Shown: one piece after another, positions 19,442 to 26,794 of the stretch
How the letters are laid out: every line of letters begins with the position of its first letter
Position numbering within the stretch: position 1 is the stretch's first letter
Source: Chloroflexota bacterium
Lineage (GTDB): Bacteria; Chloroflexota; Chloroflexia; DAOUBH01
Direction of reading: 5' to 3'
DNA length: 64,000 nt
Assembly: GCA_034432775.1 (NCBI GenBank)
Contig: DAOUBH010000021.1
Coordinates: forward strand, 5,396 to 69,395
Notes under the pieces: model-generated
Databases searched by the model: none
What the model saw: only the letters and a program-made list of their open reading frames with translations
Told to the model about the DNA's origin: nothing
Made by a program: the position numbers and the translations under genes

Positions 19442-20464
19442 TCAAGCCCACACGCCCGCTACCTGAGCCTTGCAAACTGGACATCGGCCTTCCGCCAGCC
19501 GGTTTTCCAAAACCTCGTAACCTGACCTCCTGATGAGCTTGGAGCCACATTGTGGGCAGTAGGTATCCTCGTGATCGTCGCCTGGCACGTTGCCTATATA
19601 AACGTGCTTCAACCCCACTTCTTGACCGATGGCACGCGCCCTACGGAGGGTATCGACCGGGGTTGGCCACCACTCGTCCATCTTATAGGCGGGGAAGAAC
19701 CGGCTTATGTGCCACGGCGTCTCTGGGCCGAGCTTGTCTGCCACGAATTTGGCAGCTTGGCGAAATTCCTCCTCACTGTCGTTGAGGGACGGAATGACCA
19801 GGGTGGTGACTTCGACCCAAATGCCGAGGCGCTTCATGTGTACAAGGGCTTCCAAGACAGGCTGAAGCCGTGCGCCCACTATCTTCCGATAGAATTTCTC
19901 AGAGAAGGCCTTTAAGTCGACGTTGGCGGCGTCCAGATAAGGCGCTATAGCCTCGATGCATTCGGGTGTCTGGTATCCATTGGTGACGAAAATGTTTCTG
20001 AGGTTATGTTTTCGTGCTATCCTGGCAGTGTCGAAAGCGTACTCGAAGAATATGGTGGGCTCTGTGTAGGTATAGGCTATGCTTCGAGCTCCTACACTAA
20101 CAGCGCGTCGGACGATGGCTTCGGGAGGTGCCGAATGCCCCATGGCTAGGGCTTGGTCCTGCCGTAGCTCGCGCATCGCCTGCGAAATCTGCCAGTTCTG
20201 GCAGAACCGGCAGCGAAAGTTGCAGCCCACCGTCGCTATGGAGTAGGCAAAAGTCCCGGGCAAAAAATGGAACAGAGGCTTCTTTTCGACGGGATCGAGG
20301 TTCTCGGCAACGGTGCGGCCATAGACCAAGGTATACAGCCTACCCTGCACGTTCTTGCGTACCAGGCATATACCGCTACGTCCCGGGCGAATAAGACAGC
20401 GGTGAGCGCAGAGGTCGCATCGGATGTCGCCGTCAAGCTTCCTGTAGAGCATGGCTTCTATCAT
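19442..20464 (-). CDS. AmmeMemoRadiSam-system-type radical SAM enzyme (PFL-activating-enzyme-like)
   Basis: CNFRCRFCQNW CxxxCxxC cluster. ~340 aa with a C-terminal Cys4 ribbon (CPQCGSKL...CPVCKA). No AMMECR1 or MEMO1 homolog in the window. Confidence 0.75.
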   Translation of the reverse strand: MIEAMLYRKLDGDIRCDLCAHRCLIRPGRSGICLVRKNVQGRLYTLVYGRTVAENLDPVEKKPLFHFLPGTFAYSIATVGCNFRCRFCQNWQISQAMRELRQDQALAMGHSAPPEAIVRRAVSVGARSIAYTYTEPTIFFEYAFDTARIARKHNLRNIFVTNGYQTPECIEAIAPYLDAANVDLKAFSEKFYRKIVGARLQPVLEALVHMKRLGIWVEVTTLVIPSLNDSEEEFRQAAKFVADKLGPETPWHISRFFPAYKMDEWWPTPVDTLRRARAIGQEVGLKHVYIGNVPGDDHEDTYCPQCGSKLIRRSGYEVLENRLAEGRCPVCKAQVAGVWA

Positions 20465-20496
20465 GGGTTCACCATTCCATTCATGGGGTTTCCACT

Positions 20497-21720
20497 ATGC
20501 GCAATATAGTTGCTGAGGTGTATAGATCGCCCAGACCGTCGCGCCAAAAAGTCGAGGTGGTGGAACGCAAAGGTCGTGGCCATCCTGACTCTATCTGCGA
20601 TGCCATCGCTGAGGCAGTGTCGCTAGCTCTATCCAAGGAGTATCTCTCCCGCTTCGGGCGCATACTTCATCATAACGTAGACAAGGGGATCCTCATCGCA
20701 GGGAAAGTGGAGCATGCCTTTGGAGGGGGACGAGTGGTAAAGCCGATGCGGCTCATCCTCGGAGACAGGGCCACTGAAGAGTTCCTCGGGGAAAGGATCG
20801 ACGTGCACGACATAGCCGTCGAGACGGCCAAGGCGTGGATCAGGACCAATTTCCGGTTTCTGGACCCCGATGCGCACATGGTGATCGAGAGTGCGCTGGG
20901 AACCGGTTCCCCAGAGCTGACGCGGGCTTACTTCGAGGGCAGGGGCATTATGCCCGCCAACGATACCTCTGCGGCGGTGGGTTATTATCCGCCCACGGAT
21001 ACTGAGCGGCTGGTGGCTCTCGCTGAGACCTACCTCAGCTCCGAAACGTTCAAGGCCGAGTTCCCTGACACAGGTGAGGACATTAAAGTGATGGGCTTTC
21101 GCGTTGGCGACAGGATCGATATTACCGTCGCCATGCCGTTGTTAGAAACGATGGTTCCCAATGAGAGAGTGTATTTCGATAGGAAGGCTGAGATACTGCA
21201 GCGACTGTCTGAATACTTAACTAGCCATCTCAAAGAGGGCCCCGACTGTGTGCGTCATGTAGACGTCTCCTTTAATACGTTAGACGAACCTGGCCGCGGT
21301 GTAGCAGGGGTCTACCTTAGTTTACTGGGAACTTCCGCTGAGGACGCCGATTCAGGTCAAGTGGGCCGAGGAAACCGAGTTAACGGGATCATCGCACTGG
21401 CTCGGCCCTCTAGCGCCGAGGCCGCGGCCGGAAAGAACCCGGTGGGTCACGTGGGGAAAATCTATAACGTGCTGGCCTTTAAGCTAGCAGAACGTATCTA
21501 CCACGAAGTTTCCGGTATGGAAGAAGTGTGGGTCTGGCTGTGTAGCCGTATTGGCCAGCCAGTCGATCTACCTTCGGTGGTAGCAGTGCAGTTTGTACCC
21601 GAAGAAGGGGCTGACACCGACCACCTCTCCCAAGCCGCGACGGATATCGTCCAAAGGGAACTCGATGCTGTCGAAATCCTGTGCAGGGAGCTAGCGGAAG
21701 GCAGATATCCTGTGGTATAG
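20497..21720 (+). CDS. archaeal-type S-adenosylmethionine synthetase (methionine adenosyltransferase, MAT)
   Basis: N-terminus VERKGRGHPDSICDAIAE matches archaeal MAT (PF01941-type). ~400 aa. Placed divergently to the radical SAM gene with a 32-bp intergenic region. Confidence 0.8.
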   Translation: MRNIVAEVYRSPRPSRQKVEVVERKGRGHPDSICDAIAEAVSLALSKEYLSRFGRILHHNVDKGILIAGKVEHAFGGGRVVKPMRLILGDRATEEFLGERIDVHDIAVETAKAWIRTNFRFLDPDAHMVIESALGTGSPELTRAYFEGRGIMPANDTSAAVGYYPPTDTERLVALAETYLSSETFKAEFPDTGEDIKVMGFRVGDRIDITVAMPLLETMVPNERVYFDRKAEILQRLSEYLTSHLKEGPDCVRHVDVSFNTLDEPGRGVAGVYLSLLGTSAEDADSGQVGRGNRVNGIIALARPSSAEAAAGKNPVGHVGKIYNVLAFKLAERIYHEVSGMEEVWVWLCSRIGQPVDLPSVVAVQFVPEEGADTDHLSQAATDIVQRELDAVEILCRELAEGRYPVV

Positions 21721-21756
21721 GCACAAGCTGTTCCCGATACGCTTCTTTCCCACTGT

Positions 21757-23484
21757 CTACCGCCCCCTGCCGTATCGCCAAATATAGTAGTGCAGACCGA
21801 CATTGCCCATTTCTACTTGCCATCCCGGCGGGTTATCTGGGGTAAAGGTCAGGGCTCGTCGTTCAAAGAGCTGTACCAAAACCCATCTGGGTTGCCCTCC
21901 CACCTTCGCCCGCGTCCAGTACGGCTCCGTAATTGGTAGTCCAGTCGCATAGAATGTGGGGTCGAAGAGCTTTCCCTCAACGGTATTATCGCCAATGGAC
22001 AGGGGCCCTACGCTGTTTAAAAAGCTCCAGAAAACGTCCGGTATGTTGTGTCCAGTTTCCGGGACATAGTAGGCATAACTCGCGAGGCTTGCAAGATCCC
22101 AATTTTGCCCCGTCCTCCCGGACCTTTCGATGGTATCGCTCACCGGGCCTATCCGCTGGGAAGTGGGGGATAGGAGGTGTTGGAAAGTTGCGTACGTAGG
22201 ACCCATGTTGTCATCTATGTCTCCAGCAACGGGCGTGTCGGCCGGCTCTCGCGTCTCGAAAACCGTTGCCCCCTGTTGGACACGGCCTGTCGTCATTTCC
22301 CACACCAGGAGGCCATTGGTTACAAACCATGGCGAGGAGTTGTCAGCTGCCGGATCGTTGATCTCCATACGGCTCTTATCGAAATACTGGACAAGTCGTT
22401 TGCCACCTGGTGCATCCACGTAAGGTTCTACCATCGCGGATCCTCTAGCCAGGCCCCAGAGCCAGCTCCGCGTCGCTTTGCCCTCGCGTACAGGAAGGTC
22501 GTTCCTTTGCCAGGTCCTAGCGAAGGCTGGGTCACCGGCTCCGGAGGCGGACGTCCGGTATTGGTTCACCCTCTGCCGGGTGATGTCAAGATAGAGGGTC
22601 CTATAGGTTACTCCAGGTTCGATCTGGCTTCCCTCCTTCCATTCGTTCCAACTGGTTATGACGATAGCCTCGGGAGAATAGGTCAAGGCAGCATCCCACG
22701 TCGCATCGTAGTAATTGCCATCTTCACGGTCTCTCCTGTGCCCGCCAGGGCCACGGAGTGCTAGGTCGTCGTATCCAGGCATCACAGTCGCGACGAAAGG
22801 CCTTTGCCTGCCGTATTGGCTGTTATAGGTGGCAAGCCGCCGTGCATACGACGCCATTCCGGCTCCTGGATACCGCTCCCAGCTTATGTCGAAATACTGG
22901 ATGGCATCGAACACCTCAAGGTACTGAAAATTGTCTCCACCTCCAAGCCAGAACTGGTGCCGGTCAGGATCCACGATATCCCTGAGTTGACGGAAGGCGT
23001 CTACAGAGCTGTCGCCAGGAAGGATGCCGCTGTTCCAGAACACAAGTACGGGGCGTCCATCTGCCCATCGTAGATAGGCTGGGTGTGGCATTAGCCCCTT
23101 GACCTGCTCTATACTGCGTATCACTTCCTGCATGCTTCCCATGGTTGTGGCCACTGGATCTACGCTGATGGCTACGCCGAAGTCGCCGTAATCGGCGGCT
23201 ATGTTCAGGAGCTTGACGCAGTTGTACTGCCAGGTGCAGATGAAGCCATCGATACCTGCTGACCGCGCCTGTTCGATCTGCCTACGCATAGTGGCCGCGT
23301 CGTAGCTGTTGTAAAACTCAAGAGGCTGGTAAGCGGTAGGATGCCAGTCGCTGGGGAAGTTGTACCACCCATAGTACCACGCGAGCACTGGATGTATGGG
23401 GCTGAAAGCCTCGGCGACATGGGTGGGCAATAGAATCACCATGGCTGCAATCAGAGCAACGAGGTACTGCGAGGCGAGCGCCAT
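21757..23484 (-). CDS. secreted glycoside hydrolase-like protein (GH99-like N-terminal TIM-barrel, C-terminal unknown domain)
   Basis: Signal peptide MALASQYLVALIAAMVILLPTHVAEA. The WYYGWYNFPSDWHP motif resembles the GH99 YYxWYG...WxHW pattern. The ORF extends upstream to 23781 through low-complexity R/S-rich sequence, which I judge non-coding. Confidence 0.4.
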   Translation of the reverse strand: MALASQYLVALIAAMVILLPTHVAEAFSPIHPVLAWYYGWYNFPSDWHPTAYQPLEFYNSYDAATMRRQIEQARSAGIDGFICTWQYNCVKLLNIAADYGDFGVAISVDPVATTMGSMQEVIRSIEQVKGLMPHPAYLRWADGRPVLVFWNSGILPGDSSVDAFRQLRDIVDPDRHQFWLGGGDNFQYLEVFDAIQYFDISWERYPGAGMASYARRLATYNSQYGRQRPFVATVMPGYDDLALRGPGGHRRDREDGNYYDATWDAALTYSPEAIVITSWNEWKEGSQIEPGVTYRTLYLDITRQRVNQYRTSASGAGDPAFARTWQRNDLPVREGKATRSWLWGLARGSAMVEPYVDAPGGKRLVQYFDKSRMEINDPAADNSSPWFVTNGLLVWEMTTGRVQQGATVFETREPADTPVAGDIDDNMGPTYATFQHLLSPTSQRIGPVSDTIERSGRTGQNWDLASLASYAYYVPETGHNIPDVFWSFLNSVGPLSIGDNTVEGKLFDPTFYATGLPITEPYWTRAKVGGQPRWVLVQLFERRALTFTPDNPPGWQVEMGNVGLHYYIWRYGRGR

Positions 23485-24495
23485 GGGACCACCGTGGACT
23501 CCATTTGGGAGTCGGCTGCGATCTCCGACAGACACATCGGCAGCCTTGCTGCACGACTCTTGCATGGACAACGGCCCGTCGGGGCAGACCGCTCCAACCG
23601 TGCTAGCAGATGATGGATGTGAAGAGCCTAACCCTGACTGGCAGGTTCGTAGGCGGCTCAAACTACAACCCCGGCTACCGGATGTAAGTTGATGCCATGA
23701 CGTCCTAAGCGAGCGTGGACCCTCGGTCCTTTGGCGGTCTAACATTTCGTTGGCCCTTCCTCCCCGCGGTCGACGTTCCAAGGCCCGTTTCTTGCGTCAG
23801 AGTGTCCAGCATTATACCTGTAATGGGACAATAGCTTGCCGTGCCCTCGAGCGTCCGCTGGAGCAAGGATGTGGCTCATAACTTAAGGGGGCTCGTAGGG
23901 GTAGGCCGCTAAGATGCTCCGACGAGGATGCTCCATAAACCGTCTGGAGTTTAACGGGCCGCTTAATCTAGATCGGCCGCTCGTTCTAGCCCCCAACAAC
24001 ACGCGCTTGACACTGGTCACCGAATGTCGATTAGTGAAAGCCAAGGGCCCGAACGGAGGAGGCAAGCCGCTGTCAAGAGCCCCAGGTCGTGGGAATGGAG
24101 TCCGGGGAGCTGGGCGTGCACTCACACAACGGGCATTGGGATCACCAAACAAGTGGCTTGACACCGGGGCGACCCGAAATCTAGGCGAGATGCGAGGTCT
24201 TCTAGGAGGGTATGTAAAGGGATGACAAGGAGCCGCTAGCAGGGCCAGAGTCCCGAGCCATTGCCGTCCACAGCTGCGCTCTCCTCGGCAGTTAGGCCAT
24301 TTCCTGAGCCATCGTCCCGATCCAGGTTTGGAGGCCGAGGCTCTCGGCCAAAAGACTCCCGCAGGAAGAACCCACGCAGCACCCTCAGATAGAACCTGAG
24401 GGGTTAAAGCAGCTCAGGGTGCCATCTAGACCAGGCTACGCACGGGTTTGTGCGATACTCGGTCTGTGCCCGGCGTTCGCGCCTGCAATGTACCT

Positions 24496-24966
24496 TTATA
24501 CCCATACGGCCGGAGGCGCTAGGGGCGTGGTTCCAAACCAAGGTTCCGAATAGCGTAGGGCGCACTGGGGCGATTCGTCTGGTGGGAAGAAGGCAATAAT
24601 TGTATAGCCACTATCCACGTCATCTGGAGCCACCGCGTAGTTCAAGTTGAGCTCCTTCTGTTCCCCCTCGCCAGATACGATAGAGATGGGTCGGAGGATG
24701 GAATGCTGGTGGCCCCAACGTGCCGCAAGCGCCGGGCATCCGGCTTCGCACAGCTCAGTACCCTCAAGGTCGTGGCACCGGATGGTTTCGTAGCAGTGCC
24801 TGCCCGCGATACCTCTGGCATCCCAGCCCGTCAGCTTCTCAAAGGCAGCGTTAACCTTCACAACACGCATGTCCTGGTCTAACAGCAGCAGTCCCTCGGG
24901 GCTATGGGTGAACATGGTATCGAGGTAGGTTTTGGGCTGATCGCCGGCGTACTCCCGCTCGCTCAT
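24496..24966 (-). CDS. stand-alone PAS domain protein with a Cys4 motif (C-x5-C-x8-C-x3-C)
   Basis: 156 aa. VVKVNAAFEKLTGWDARGIAGRHCYETIRCHDLEGTELCEAGCPALAARW aligns with the PAS domain of the histidine kinase at 48661-51321. Confidence 0.7.
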   Translation of the reverse strand: MSEREYAGDQPKTYLDTMFTHSPEGLLLLDQDMRVVKVNAAFEKLTGWDARGIAGRHCYETIRCHDLEGTELCEAGCPALAARWGHQHSILRPISIVSGEGEQKELNLNYAVAPDDVDSGYTIIAFFPPDESPQCALRYSEPWFGTTPLAPPAVWV

Positions 24967-25197
24967 ACCCGCACCTCCTCAGAGAGAACTTGTAGGCATC
25001 CAAACCTGATTTCCCATTGGGGACACACGGTTTGAATGGAGCACAGGACGTCAAGTTGCAGGCCGGACGTCTTCGATTGTTTAGAGAGCGTCGCCTACAT
25101 TATAGGGGGTAAAACTGTCTTGTGCAACGTCTGTTCCCTTTTCGCCAAAAGGCGCAGGCAAACCTACCGATCGCCGTCCCTCGATGACAGTACCAAA

Positions 25198-26355
25198 TTA
25201 AAAATCAAAATGGGGTATCTGCTCGAGAACGCGCTCGCGAATAGCGTGGGCCGATGGAAGGTCGGTGACGACTTCGCCGCGCTCGGTGAGGGGAACCAGC
25301 ATTCCTTGCCGTTCGCCTCCGCAGTGACATGGTCCAGGTTCGATACCTAACGGAAGCACCTCATCCTGGTAGCATGCAAGGCATCGCCAGACCTGTTTGC
25401 GGCCAGAGGTCTTGCCACGCTTCGCAATCGGTACACCTTCGATCTCCACTATATCGAGGGCCAAGTCCACCACGGGAGCGTTGGCTATGGAGGTGCCCAC
25501 GCCATAGGCATCGACTACAGGGCTGAGAGTACGCACTTGTTCCTCGTCGAGCCCGCCGCTCACAAAGATCTTGACATTATGGAAGCCCCTCAGGTCGAGC
25601 TCCCAACGGACTTCTTCGATGATCCTGTAGAAGTTGCCGCGACGGGAGCCTGGGGTATCTAGCCGAACCGCAAACAGGGCCTCTCCCATCGCCTGGGCCA
25701 CGTTCACAGCCTCGAACTTTTCATCCTGAAAGGTATCGATGAGGGCAACCCTCCTTACGTGTGGTTCTATCACTTCGTGGAAGGCACGGATGGCTTCAAC
25801 TGTAGACCCCATGACGAGTACCAGCGCATGGGGCATTGTTCCAGCCGCCTCCATTCCCAGCAGTTCAGCAGCCATAACCACGGAAGTGCCGTCGGCACCG
25901 CCCAGATACGCGCTGCGTTCGATCATCGGACTAATGGCCGGATGCATGCGTCTGGCACCGAAACTAACCATAGTTTTGTTGCCAGCAAGTTTACGTAGCC
26001 TAGCTGTCTTGGTTGCGACTCCGGAGGCCTGGCAAAGAAAACCTAGCAGGGCCGTTTCATACACGGCGAACTCGGTGTAAGGACCGGATATCTCCATCAC
26101 GGGCTCATAGGGGCGAAAAACGGTGCCTTCTGGCATCGAACGCACCGAAGTGTTCTTCAGCTCCCGGAGGAGTTCCACGGCCTCTTCAACTCCTGCCAGT
26201 ACCCCCCAGGGCCAGCCGTGCGGAAGGTCTTTCGCCATGATCTCTGCGTGAACGAACTTGTCGACGCCCTTGCTCTTAAGGATTCGTAGCGTCCTGAGGA
26301 AATAGACATCTGTGGTACGGCCCGAGCGAACATCGTCCCAGCTTGCGGTGAACAT
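25198..26355 (-). CDS. nicotinate phosphoribosyltransferase (NAPRTase family, with C-terminal zinc ribbon)
   Basis: 385 aa with a PRTase type II fold. C-terminal CLACYQ...CHCGG ribbon. Confidence 0.8.
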   Translation of the reverse strand: MFTASWDDVRSGRTTDVYFLRTLRILKSKGVDKFVHAEIMAKDLPHGWPWGVLAGVEEAVELLRELKNTSVRSMPEGTVFRPYEPVMEISGPYTEFAVYETALLGFLCQASGVATKTARLRKLAGNKTMVSFGARRMHPAISPMIERSAYLGGADGTSVVMAAELLGMEAAGTMPHALVLVMGSTVEAIRAFHEVIEPHVRRVALIDTFQDEKFEAVNVAQAMGEALFAVRLDTPGSRRGNFYRIIEEVRWELDLRGFHNVKIFVSGGLDEEQVRTLSPVVDAYGVGTSIANAPVVDLALDIVEIEGVPIAKRGKTSGRKQVWRCLACYQDEVLPLGIEPGPCHCGGERQGMLVPLTERGEVVTDLPSAHAIRERVLEQIPHFDF

Positions 26356-26357
26356 AC

Positions 26358-26645
26358 TCAGTCTCCCGCAATGTTGGGCTCTTCGGTGGCCGATCGCGTA
26401 ACGGTGGGATCCCTGTACAGAAGCTCCACGAGGCGCTGGGCGTCTTCATGTACCCGCTGGATGCCTTCCATGGAGGCTTGCGCCAACACTATGGCCTTGG
26501 CGAGGTAGCCCAGTCCGTCATACACCTTATTGAGGGCATCTCCGACACGACCGTCAGCGGCGGCTGCCGCCGCTTCTGAAGCTATGTTGGACAGCATGAA
26601 CAGATTCGTGGCAACGAAATAGTTTACGCCCTTCTCCTCACGCAC
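26358..26645 (-). CDS. hypothetical helical protein (95 aa), first gene of the NAPRTase operon
   Basis: ORF ends 2 nt before the NAPRTase start. Contains a poly-Ala stretch. I recognise no family. Confidence 0.4.
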   Translation of the reverse strand: MREEKGVNYFVATNLFMLSNIASEAAAAAADGRVGDALNKVYDGLGYLAKAIVLAQASMEGIQRVHEDAQRLVELLYRDPTVTRSATEEPNIAGD

Positions 26646-26794
26646 GGCGTTACTCCCTTATGGTTTGTCTATTACTACATGATAGCATCTCCTAGGGAAA
26701 CCCCATACTTCATGGATCGCGCACTCAGTTTGACGCTTACGGAGCAACCGCATATATTTGCTTGTGTCGATCATTGGGCTGAGGAGCATCGCGG

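Noticed and set aside
23485-23781. 99-codon N-terminal extension of the GH99-like ORF (MERRPRGGRANE...)
   Set aside because: It is Arg/Ser-rich low-complexity sequence. A canonical signal peptide begins at the internal Met (23484), which is the more plausible start.
23887-23994. Candidate small structured RNA (GGGGGCT...AGCCCCC termini, triple GGCCGCT)
   Set aside because: It has no T-loop or anticodon-loop features. A 7-bp terminal complementarity over 100 nt is within chance expectation. It is kept only as a note under the GH99-like finding.
23790-24495. Possible RNase P RNA or tmRNA in the 700-bp non-coding stretch
   Set aside because: AGTCCGGGG and CCCGGCGTT could form a P4-like helix. 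The highly conserved GGAAAGUCCGGGCUCC, GGUGCGGUAAGAGCGCACC and ACAGAACCCGGCUUA elements are absent on both strands. No tmRNA tag ORF or CCA-ending tRNA-like terminus is present.
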